A DNA stretch of 64,000 bases. Source: Cirrosporium novae-zelandiae. Taxonomy: Eukaryota. The position numbers and the translations under genes were made by a program. The stretch spans positions 806,001 to 870,000 of the forward strand of contig JAPETS010000004.1 of NCBI GenBank assembly GCA_026023565.1. Reading direction: 5' to 3'. Below the pieces are notes generated by a model, which saw only the letters and a list, made by a program, of their open reading frames with translations, did not search any database and was not told the origin of the DNA. Positions 49,413 to 61,338 of this stretch are shown here, one piece after another (the stretch's first letter is position 1; every line of letters begins with the position of its first letter).

Positions 49413-49792
49413 AGAGATATCTAGGTTCGGGCCTTCGGGTAAAGGTCCCCCGACTGTCAAGTCAATCGACTACTGTGATACTACCAATAGGATAAATGAG
49501 TGCATGCGGCTTAGTTCATTGTCCTGAATTTTATAATCTACTTTATCTAGTCTACTGGGATATTTGTGATCAATTAATTTTGGTGAGTTGCATCAGCCAT
49601 TTCGTCTTTTGCTTTTACCAAGCATCGCATAGTAAAACAAATACGCCCAAGCATTGCCTAATGGCTGGCACTACTCTGTTTAGCCATCTCCAAGCAACTT
49701 ACATTCTCCTAACTTCGTCCGTTACTTGATTTCATTCAACTTCTGTCCCATCAGGCTTGGGCTAACCCGCTCCCCCTAAAACAAATAATTCT

Positions 49793-50479
49793 CTATTTAG
49801 TACAAGATTCCTTCACTGTTTTTGTGACAGAAGGACAAAGTGTACATGTCGGACATGTTCCAGATGCAGTTTTTGTTGTTATCCCCGGTGTACAATTGGG
49901 CCCGGCGCATGACAATATTGTCGTCGTTGTTTCCGCTTTAAAACATTCGACTACCGGGCATGCCGTCTTAGGACAGCCTACCAAATTCGGGGTTTTGGTT
50001 ACTGTGTAGCAGGTGGGGTCGGAGAGGGTTTTTGTGCTACTCTTAAAAGTAGTTTTTGAACTAGTCGTCAAACTAGTCGTCGAATTAGTCGTCGTCGGCT
50101 TGCATTCACATTTTACTGTGGTTGTTGTAGTAAGACAGCCAGTCTGACAAGTGCTTCTACACTTTGCGGTTCTTTTGACTGTCTTTGTGGTTGGGCAGTT
50201 GGTTTTATGACATGGCTCGGTTTTTGTTGACAACACTATGCATAGCGGGATAGGAGGGCAGGAGGTGCTTGAAGGCACGCAAGCTGGCGGTGTAGAGGTA
50301 TATGTAGCAGTATAGCAGCTGGGAAGTTTAACGCCTACGCTGGTTGGGATTCTGGAAGGAAAGCGTTAGGTGGATATTGTGGCATTTAGACTGACGAAAG
50401 ACGAAGGAAGAGAGACAGACCTAAGAAACAAGAGGGCACTTGCAAGGCCGAATATGGCAAATTTGGTTAGAGAAAACAT
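49793..50479 (-). CDS. Small secreted Cys/Thr-rich protein with two internal 10-Cys repeats; family not recognised
   Basis: Exon 1 encodes the signal-like MFSLTKFAIFGLASALLFLR. Intron 50352-50420 (GTCTGT...CTAAC...CCAG) joins in frame to ORF 49793-50278. 21 Cys in two aligned modules. Confidence 0.8.
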
Positions 50480-51203
50480 CTTTAAGTAACACGTTGAGCT
50501 GGATTTGCTGACAATTGGTAGCCGTATAGAATTTGGGGTGAACAATTGGCCCTCTTCGACTTTCTTCAAAGGTGATCAGGTTTGGTGGAAGGCAGTGAAA
50601 TGAAAACAAGGGAATTTATTAGACTATTAATATAAAGAATTTTATTTTTTTGTTTTTGTTTCACAGCATTCCTACCCAAGAATATTTAAATCACATCATG
50701 TTTTCCTTTTGATCCTTCGGCTTAAAAGCCTATTTTGCCTTTTCAGGATGAGTCCACATAACCAGGCCACTTAAATAGGTGACTGGCCACAAACATCTGA
50801 ATTGCTTCCTTTCTGACATTGCTGCATGTCCTTCATCTTTCAGTCATCAATTGATATAGCTATTTCTAAATTGATATTTACACCGTAATTTAACAAGACT
50901 CGTGAAGGGAATTAAACTTATCTAGTCGGCGAAGGCTAGCATGCTAACCTCGCGAACATCCCTTGCCAAACCGAGGACTCGAACACGGGAAATATCCAAG
51001 TATTAGAGTATGACGGTATTGGCTTAGTATAGTAACATTGAGCTTAGGTATCACATTGATCAACACGCACAGACTTTGGGTTGATATGTCAACAAAGATC
51101 AGATCTGTAGGTGCCGTTTTCTATAGATATTACTACGACAAAGTATATAGTGAGACAACGGGCGGTACCGTAGTTTCAATCTATTAGATAGTAATAGGAA
51201 CTA

Positions 51204-54200
51204 TTAACCAATACACGTAAGCGTAACATTAACGTCAGTACTAGAATCATAGCCAGAATTCTCCATGAGAGCAAAGGTATATTCTCCTGGCTCAACTACC
51301 CATTCATATCCTCGGCTCAAGATTGAAAGATATCGGTCGACTTCGAGATCAATTGTAACATTCAACGACTGTTGAGCTTCCAAATACACACGTTTAAACC
51401 CTACTAGCTGCTTCGCTGCCCGAGATATGGATGAGACTCGTTGGAGAAGGTATACCTGAAGAACGTTGCTTCCTGAAATTGACCCGTTGTTGGTAATGGT
51501 AACTGCAAAGAGAATGCTATCACCTGAGGCAAATGTATCAACACCCCCAGTCGAGATTACGTGGAAACCTGTGAGTGAGAATGTTGTATAGGAAAGGCCA
51601 TATCCAAACGGATAGCTGGGATAAGGATAAAGGTCCGTGTATACATTTGCACGAGCAGTATATTTATAGTTGTAATATACTGGAAGCTGCCCCACGCTGT
51701 ATGGTACACTTAGTGGAATTCGGGCACCTGGGTTAAATTTACCAAATAGGACATCAGAGATAGCACGGCCGCCGGACTGGCCAGGGAAGTAAGCGTTCAA
51801 GACAGCGGCTGATTTCTCATAATACTTTGGAATAGCGAAAGGTCGACCTCCTTGAAGAACCATGACGACGGGTTTTCCAAGAGCAAAAATCGCATCAGCA
51901 AGCTCTGTCTGGTTCGCGGACAACCCTAGAGTCGCACGGTCGCCACCTTCTCCATCGCTATTCCAGTTAGCGCCGACGGCAAGAACTATAATATCTGCCG
52001 CCATTGCAGTGTTAACAGCCTTGCCAACTGGATCGACCCGATCGACTAGATTCCAGAAAAGCTCTATCTCGGCATTAAGCGAGTTGACATTCTCAATCTT
52101 CTGGTATAAATTCCACGCCTGGAACTCGACCCGTACTTTGTGTGTGGAGCCTTCGGTGAAGTTGAAAGCAACAGAACCAGGGGGAGCCATGGTAGAGTTT
52201 TCTTCGGAATATGAGAGAGATTCAATATTTGAAAGAATATTTCCTGAGGAAGAGAAAGCTGATTGTGCCACTAGCTCGTCATCAATATATAACTTAGCCG
52301 AGTTGTTGGCATACACAGCGACTCCAATCCAACCTTCCACCTTGTCATTCACAGGTACTGAGAGATTGCCTTCCCAGATTGCGCTGAAGTTATTTGATGG
52401 AAGGCCGTTTGGTGGGTATAACCCCCAATCGCGATTTGGGGTCTCTATTATTTGGAACGCCGGTTTAGAGAAATTTGTATCTGCGTAGTAGGTTGCTAGT
52501 AAACCGCCAGCGGTGCCGTTAGGCGTGGAAAGAAGATAGCCCGGGATATTGTACTGGCCATTATAAAGCCACGTATTGCTTCCCCAAGAGGAGAGCAGCT
52601 TCACTTTCGAAGCATTTTCAGCAAGGTATTCTGTCATTGCCTGTCGAATAGTATAGGAATTTGCAGTTGGATAAGCTCCAAATTGTCCCGAATAGTCTCC
52701 ATAGTTCAGAGTGTCAATGAATGGGCCAATCAGTGCAATCGTTTTGATATTCTGCTCTATGGGTTTTAATGGGAGGGTCATGTTGCGATTTTCAAGTAGA
52801 ACAATACTTCGATGAGCGGCATCGAGTGTAAGAGGCACATGAGCGTCTGTCAGAGCTTGGGTATCAATGTCTTCAGATATATATGGATCATCAAAAAGGC
52901 CTAAGTCATACTTAACCCCAAGTATTTTGCAAACATGTGATCGTAAAGTCGATTCCTGAATAGATCCATTTGCAACAAGGTCCACTATGGTGTTGATAAA
53001 GATATCCAAAGGATAATCGTAATACTGTATTCCCCCACCAGCATTAAACCACTGCTGCATCGTATCGGCAGGTGAACTCGAAACTTTATATCGACTTTGA
53101 AGCATAACCATTCCAGTATCATCCGCAGTAACAAACCCATCAAAGCCCCAATCATCCAATGCTTGGTAAAGCAATGGGTGTATATGCGCCGGGATATCGT
53201 CAAACTCACTATAAGCCATCATGACACCCCTGACCCCACCAAGATCAATCGCAGCCTTAAACGGGACCAACAATTCTTGTAAAAGCTCACGAACACCGTG
53301 ACCCATATATGGAGCACCATTAATACCTCCTTGGGAGCCGCCATAAGCTGCAAAATGTTTCATGACTGGTACAACCGCATCTGGGTCCGACCAAGTACCA
53401 TTCTTTGATAACCCTGAAGCATATGCGACACCCATCTTTGAAGTCAGAACAACATCCTCTCCCCAAGCTTCTTGTAGTCTTCCCCATCTCAACTCTTTCC
53501 CAATATCCAAAACAGGAGACAAGCAAGCAGTAACACCGATGGATCTTGCCTCAGAGGCGATTGCGCGACCTACAGAGTACACAAGATCTGTATCAAAACT
53601 AGCTGCCATGCCAATAGCTTGAGGAAACATCGACTGCTTGTAGGATCCAACTCCATGAAGACATTCTCCAAATTGCATTATAGGTATGTTTACCCGTGCT
53701 TTCTCCAAGTTAAGTTTTTGCACAGAGTTATACTGCGTCTTGTTGGTAGGATACCTAGAAGAGCATCAATATAATTGGCTGTATTAGGTCTCTAAGATGC
53801 CCAACCAATCCTGCATTATTCCAACTGCTGCTGTCGGGGCTAAATGCATGGTCTCATCTTGTCGCAACAGTCAGTCACCACTAAAGTATGTGAACTCAAT
53901 TATAATTACCCCATAAAGAATTATCAGATTTGGGCCCAACAATAGCATCAGCGAACATTAGATGGAGCTGCATCGCTATAATAATTAGCCCCTACTGGTG
54001 CTCAAAGGCTCAGAGGAGGACAACCAACCTAACTCTGGGACCGTTAGGTTAGTGACCAGTCCATCGAGAAAGGCCGTCTTCGCATTTCGCGATCTATGGG
54101 TTGAGGGCCAGGCTTTGGAGCCTGTGGATTTGAATTTAAAGGCATAGGGAATGGGCTCGGATGAGCAAACGGAGTAGAGGGGGACAGTGAGAATTGACAC

Positions 54201-54227
54201 TAAGATAATAAAATGGAGAGTAAGCAT
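51204..54227 (-). CDS. Secreted GH3 glycosidase (BglX-like) with PA14 insertion and Fn3-like C-terminal domain, 4 exons
   Basis: Signal-like MLTLHFIILVSILTVPLYSVCS. GECLHG, SPVLDIGKELRWGRLQEAWGED, MKHF, FDGFVTADD (nucleophile region), PA14-like GLLATYYADTNF...NNFSAIWEGNL, DGEGGDRATLGL, YPFGYGLSYTTF and KQLVGFKRV. Confidence 0.9.
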
Positions 54228-55016
54228 TGTTCTGAACTACCTAGAATTAAGGGAGAGATATACATTCAAAATAGTCCCAAACCTGGCTTAAATCAACTGA
54301 TTATGTACAAGTGGGTGAAAATAGGATGGATAGATAGACATGAGAGAATAACTGTGGAATCCGATTGTCATGATATCGCAAGGTGCTGATCGGCCCTACC
54401 CAATACTTTTTTGGTGTTTATTTCTTACCGTAACCCGTGATTACTCTGCCCTGCACATTATCTTCCATTCCTGACCTCGGATCTCCTTCGTGTTTTAGTT
54501 CTGCTCCGCAGTCACATTTCATATCTAGTTCCCCACACTTGTCCTGCGCGGGCTTGATATGATCCCTAGTTGATTAATGGAATACCACTGTATGCAACTT
54601 CAATGTCATTCTCTGGACGGAATCATGACGGATTGGTTAATGCAGGGCCATCAGATTCGACCCAAGCTATCTATCAATTCTTTAGTCTAATAGGAGAAGA
54701 TGCAGACATTGAAAATGGTCACTATCTAACAAATCCACCAAAAACTTGTTCACTATGATTGATATTTCTAAGCCTATTGTTGGTAATGAAACGTTACACC
54801 GAGAAGGAAAAACATGGTCCTTATCTACATTAATTAAGAGACCGGAACTTCATAGCAAAAAGACACCGGCCGTGGGTGCTAGATGGAGAAGGGATCACTT
54901 GCCAGGCGTCCCCCTCACTTATGAGTTACTGTTACTTTTCTACTTTTTATAGTATCCATATGGAAGAATTTCCAGTGTCTGAATTTTCCTCGGCAGACAG
55001 AGATCCAATTCCCAAC

Positions 55017-57735
55017 ATGAAGCTCCCTCTCATATTTTATAGCCAAAGGGGCTTACAATTGCTCTTGCTAGTCTCTTATTTTCTATCTTCAACCAGCGCA
55101 GCGAGTACCAATGCTTCCAACATTTTTCAATATATAGATCCATTGATCGGGACTGCTAATTATGGTCATTGACCTGTTATCTATCGTTTCTGCTGTATTC
55201 CTTTCACTGATTACATTATAGGCCATGTTTTTCCTGGTGCCACCTTGCCCTTTGGTTTGGGTCCTAAATACCCAGGTTAGACGGCAAATATAAATAATTT
55301 ACTAACATTCTTAAGGTATGGCTAAGGCTTGCCCCGATGTCAACGACGTGAATGAAGCCCAAGGCGGCTTTGCGACAGATGCATACGAAATTACGGGTTT
55401 CTCTCACATGCATGATTCAGGCACCGGTGGTGTATGTGCACTCTATTTCTTAATCCCTTGAAACATCTACTAAAGGATAGCAGTCCTTATCCTTGGGTAA
55501 CTTCCCTATCTGGCCCCAAAGCGAATGTCCTGGAGATGATATAAATCGATGTAAATTCACTAAGACTGACCGCGCATCCCAATGGCTTAATGGTTCCGTA
55601 ATGGCTAGCCCAGGATACTTTTCTATCATGATCAATACCTCAATCCGAGCAGAAATGACTGTGACAAATCATTCGGCTCTCTATCGCTTTACTTTTCCTG
55701 GCAATTCATCAAGTACGAGTCCATTAATCTTAGCAGACTTGACAGATCTCTCAGACTCCCGAACCAATGCCACAATATCGGTTAATGCCACAACCGGAAG
55801 AATCTCTGGGAACGGGACTTTTGATCCTTCGTTCGGCATAGGAACATATGACTTACATTTCTGTGCTGATTTCTCTGGTGCTGATATTCGTGACACTGGT
55901 GTTTTCATGAATAATCGTGCTGGGTCTCAGCCAAAAAGCCTCAGCGTCATGTCCGACGGCATTAACGACCCCCCTTTGCCTGCGGGAGCATGGACACGAT
56001 TCTCAGCTCTAGCAAATAATAACCAACTTCTAGCTCGAGTCGGTATAAGCTTTATTAGTGTGGCTCAAGCCTGCCAGAACGCAGAAGAAGAAATATCCGA
56101 TTTCGATTTTTCTAGAATAAGGGCATTAGCAGAGGTTGCATGGAAGCAAAAGTTAGATGTTATTCAAGCCGACTTAACAGACGTGAGCGAGGAGTTGCGA
56201 ACTGTATTCTACAGCGGATTGTACCGAAGCCTGATCTCTCCCCAAGACTATAGTGGGGAGAATCCGCTTTGGAATAGTGATGAGCCTTACTATGATTCCT
56301 ATTACTGGTATGATTCAAACGTAAATCTCCGAATGCTTGCTAATTGATATTAGTATCTGGGATTCCTTCAGAAGCATACATCCGTTGATAACTATACTTG
56401 ATCCTGAATCACAGACAAGAATGGTGCGGAGTTTGATTGATATATACCGTCATGAAGGCAGTTTTCCGATGGATTCTTTTGACTGCTCTCGTACTAATTC
56501 TTTCCAGGAAAGCTGCCTGACTGTAGGATGAGTTTTTGCAAAGGCTACACGCAGGGTGGCTCAAATGCGGACATCGTGCTTGCTGATTCTTATTTGAAAA
56601 ACATCACAGAGAATGTCGATTGGGAGACTGCTTATGAGGCAGTGGTATCCGATGCTGAAATCGAACCACTTGCTTGGTCTGTTGAGGGACGCGGCGGTTT
56701 AACTAGCTGGAAAAATTACAATTATATACCTACAGATGATTTCGACCCGTTTGGAGTGGGCCCTTTCACACGAAGCATTTCAAGGACAGTCGAATATGCA
56801 TATGACGATTACTGCATCTCAGAAATGGCCAACGCAATGGGTCATGTGGACGATTATGAAAAATATATGAGACGATCAGAAAATTGGAAGAATATGTACA
56901 ACCCAGATCAGACTTCGTACATCAATGAAACCAACACTGGGTTTGTTGGATTTCTCCAGCCAAAATATCTCAATGGAACATGGGGCTTCCAAGATCCCAT
57001 ACTTTGTTCCCCACTTTACAACTTCACCTCCTGCTATCTCAGTACAGATGGCCATGAAACTTATGAAGGGAGCAGTTGGTTGTATACCTTGTGAGTTGAA
57101 AACATGTTAAAGCTTTCGTCTAATCCTAACCATTACTAACATTTGTGCTCCTAAGTTTTGTTCCTCAGGACATGGCTGCTCTGGTCACGACCCTTGGCGG
57201 CCCATCTGAATTTACCAGTCGCCTTATATATCTTCACACTTCTGGTTTACTCTATATCGGTGATGAACAAGCGTTCCTCCCCGTATTCCAATTTCATTAC
57301 GCTGGTCGACCGGCTCTGTCAGCCATGTTCGCTCACTACTATATACCCAGCCAGTTTAACACCACCACAAACGGGATCCCTGGAAATGATGACTCCGGAG
57401 CGATGGGCAGTTTCAGTACTTTGGCGATGATGGGTCTTTGGCCTGTCAGTGGCCAAGATGTTTATTTGATTACGCCACCATTTTTTAGGGAAGTCAATAT
57501 CACAAATGGACAAACTAGGAAAACGGCGACTGTTCGAAATCTGAACTTCGATGCCAGCTATCAGAACATTTATATCCAAAGCGCAACGTTAAATGGCGAC
57601 CCATACACGAAGAATTGGATCACACATGAATTCTACCTCAATGGAGGGATTCTGGAGCTCACTTTAGGAAATAATGAAAGTTCCTGGGGAACAGATGACT
57701 CTGATCTACCACCAAGTGCCTCGACTTTAAGCTAG
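55017..57735 (+). CDS. Secreted GH92 alpha-1,2-mannosidase, 7 exons
   Basis: Signal-like MKLPLIFYSQRGLQLLLLVSYFLSSTSA. YIDPLIGT, GHVFPGATLPFGMAK, GFSHMHDSGTGG, WDSFRS, GYTQGGSNAD, SRTVEYAYDDY, YEGSSWLYTF, IGDEQ and GIPGNDDSGAM. Confidence 0.92.
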
Positions 57736-58005
57736 AGAAATCTTAGAAAGCCAAATCGGATCAGGTTAGAGTTGAGTTTGCTCATATGTTACATTGATGT
57801 GCATTGAACAAATGTAGTTATTCAATGATTATTAAAACGGTTTCCAGATGTAGCGAGATATTAAACACCACACTAGGTACATTATATTTATATACTTTAG
57901 ATATACTTTCGAAAGTATATAAGGGTTCTATCTCGGGCCTCTAAATATTTGGCATTGGAATTTTCGGAACTTGAACGCGAGTGGCCGCTTAGGCAACAGT
58001 ATAAT

Positions 58006-58050
58006 CTCCACCCAAAAGCCCCACGACCCCTCAGGTCCCCACCTCCCCAG
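58006..58050. promoter_or_regulatory. Cluster of CreA-type sites upstream of the GH125 gene
   Basis: Reverse-strand SYGGRG matches CTCCAC 58006, CCCCAC 58019, CCCCAC 58037 and CCCCAG 58045, plus GCGGGG at 58286. Confidence 0.5.
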
Positions 58051-58677
58051 GTTTATGGCTGATTGGGTTTCCTTACTTATCTGTATCAATTGACCAACCC
58101 AACAAGCATCTTTATTACCGTTTACGAATCTTATATAGCTCTCAAGTGATAGAGGATTCGGCTTATGTATAATGCTGCATATCTGATACTACAGTAACGG
58201 ATAGGATCTTACAGGTATCTTAGCACCAATCTATCCTATCCTTATATAAGTTATAATATACATTAGTGTCTGTTATCTGCACATCGCGGGGTAATCTCTC
58301 CACTTTCTTTATTCAATCATTTACCCGACCATCCTTAGTATCGTCATTGTCACATCAGACGGTAACTTCGGAGTCGTGCTATTGAGTCGTAACATATTAG
58401 GCCAATATCAATTATGCAATGTGACTCGGGAATTTGATGGTACCTCACAGGAAGAGTCACTCTTGGCGATCACCGTTGGAGAAACCAGTTTCTATGCTAG
58501 ATCACATGGTGGTAGGCGTTTCCGCATGGCTAGTTTGTCTATCTATGATATTGGCTATCGTCAAGAATCGCTCTCATTTTATTGAGTCTTTTTATCCATT
58601 TCTGTTACAACATCTGCGAAAGAGATTACCTTTCCTGCGCCTTCTATCTTGTTGTCTCTTCCCAATCCCATACCAGG

Positions 58678-60467
58678 ATGTACCAAATATTAGCATTAGC
58701 TGTCTTTTGGGCAGCTACCACAACTTTAGCTTATTGTCCGGATTATACAACATATGCTGAAGAGTATCACGGTCCTTTTTCTTCAGGGACATACAATTTA
58801 TCATATCAGAGACCTTCTTCAGAGTGCAGAAATTTCAGCTCCCAGTCAGTTGAAAATACCATTATTAGACTCAAATCAGTGATATCGGATCCGGATCTGT
58901 ACAGATTATTCGAGAATAGTTATCCTAATACCCTGGACACGGCAATTAAATGGCATGGTTACGCAAGTAATTCCACGGATGAGGAGTTGACCTTCATTAT
59001 AACTGGAGACATGTAAGGCTATCTATTCATTGAGGAGATTCATACCTTCTAATATTCCTAGCAACGCTATGTGGCTTCGTGACTCAGTAAGTGGCAACGG
59101 AAGCTTTCCTCTGAATAGTGAATTAGTGATCGTTAATCGATTTTACTCTTAGGCCAACCAGTTGCAATCCTACTTGTCTTTACTAAACTATTCTGCCTCG
59201 AACGACTCGATTGCCTCTCTGTATCGAGGTGCAATAAACCTCCAGTCTCGATACATTAACACTTCTCCCCATTGCAATGCTTTTCAACCCCCAACTGAAT
59301 CTGGGCTTTCTCCGGATGTGAACTCATACGGTCTTGATGATACAGTGACTCCAGCATTCAGTAACCAAACGGTCTATGAATGCAAGTACGAACTTGACTC
59401 CCTTGCTGCATTCCTGGAAATTTCATCCAATTACTACAATACCACGAAAGATATCACATTCTTTAAAAAATACCAATGGGTCTCTACTGTAGAGACTATT
59501 CTTAATGTTGCAGAGAGCCTGATAGTAGGAACATATGCAGATAATGGAAGCGTAAATACCAGCCCATATACATTCACCAGAGAGACCACTTCTGGCACCG
59601 AAACATTGGATAATTCCGGAATTGGTAACCCAGTGTCAGCAAATGGGCTTGTTCGTTCAGCGTTCCGACCTTCAGATGATGCTACAATATATCAACTTTT
59701 TATTCCAGCTAATATGATGTTCGCACGATATCTTGAGTCTGCATCCCTCATAATGAGCAGCATTAGTAACCAGACAACTCTCGCCCAACGAATGAGGACC
59801 CTTGCTACTAGCATACGTTCTGCAATTGAGGAATATGGCATTATTAACGATGCAAAGTACGGCAAAATCTATGCATATGAGATCGACGGGTATTCATCTC
59901 ATAATGTCATGGATGACGCGAACATCCCCAGCCTTCTTGCAGCCCCTTTCTTTGGTTATTTAGATGTAAATGATTCCACTTATCAATCTACGAGGAATGT
60001 TCTGTTGAGCAAGGCAAACCCTTATTTTATGCGAGGTCCAGTGATAAATGCGTGAGTAAAAAAAAAACGATAATACTAATGTAAAAGTCAACTAACCATC
60101 TCACTCAGGATTGGAGGTCCCCACGAAGGGTTTGGCTATGCTTGGCCAATGGCGAGTATCGTTCGTATCTTGACAAGTAGTAATGATACTGAAATCATGT
60201 CAACGTTGAAAGAGATCTTGGGTAGTACTGCTGGGCTCGGCCTGATCCATGAAAGCATCAACACGTTCAATGCATCTGATTATACGCGTCAATGGTACGG
60301 CGCCGTTTCTTTCTTCATCCTTATTCACAATTTGTCTATTTCATCTATGAGAGAATATGCTAATGAGGCTTACGTACAGGTTTTCATGGGCGAACGGATT
60401 GTTTGGGCAGATGATACTTGATCTAGAAGATCGGAAACCACATTTACTAAATGTTAGCTATCAATAG
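58678..60467 (+). CDS. Secreted GH125 exo-alpha-1,6-mannosidase, 5 exons
   Basis: Signal [48 protein letters not shown] (across a ~25-nt micro-exon), [40 protein letters not shown] and [14 protein letters not shown]. Confidence 0.92.
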
Positions 60468-61338
60468 TATTATTTCTGGGTGTGGAAGTTATCCGCAATG
60501 AAGTGGAAAAGCTTTCATGAAAGAATTACTTGGGTGCCTTCATATAAGCTAGGTGGCAAGATAAAGCTCAGTTAAGCAAATTAGTATACCAACAGCTATA
60601 TGTTGTTATGAATGTATTTTGGTATACATAGGTTCGTGTCTGATATGATGATGGGCACTAGGCTTGACACTTTCGGGATTTCTTTGAATGAAGTAATTAG
60701 TCATATTGTGTTGATGGGGTGAGTTATGGAGGAAAACTGCTGGTGGAAATATCTACAATGACAATGTCGTATTATTTCCCCGGCACCCCGCCCCCTTGTT
60801 TTCATTAATTGATCGGCTTCATGGGCCCGAAGCTCCGTAAGGATCGCACTGACCACGGTTAAAGTAACCATAAATCCTTTTTAGCTGTTTTTATATTATA
60901 TTAATTCTCTCAACATTTTGCCCACTATAGAAAATAAGTCAAAATCAATCCTCGGGCTGATCGCCTGTTCATGCACCATTGCCATTTCTAGCCCATTGCC
61001 CAGCTTTCATTAAGCTAAATTTAACCTTGTTGTCTTGGAGTGGAGGTTTGTAAAATGAAAATACTCTCCTGCCCAGCTTTTCATTACTGTTTCGGATTGA
61101 AAGAGGCATGGCACCACCAAATTTCATCTATCGTATTGGGGTCCGGATGTGAATGATAGGAATACGAAGAATGCGGAACGGTCCGAATCCTCCGTTTTGT
61201 TTCAAGACATACTGTTTACCTGAGATATATGCTCGTTTTCAACATGTATAAATACCGGATCCTCTACAATTCATTTCGTTTTGCAATGATTATGCTCAAG
61301 TCAACAAGTACTACTAATCAGCTAGTACTTGTTTCATT

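Noticed and set aside
50960..51025. tRNA-like fragment on the minus strand (CCGTGTTCGAGTCCTCGGTTTGGCA) beside an imperfect palindrome at about 50929-50953
   Set aside because: Only about 60 nt between the possible acceptor halves, a mismatched T-stem and no D or anticodon arm. At best a decayed fragment, not supportable as a tRNA or integration site.
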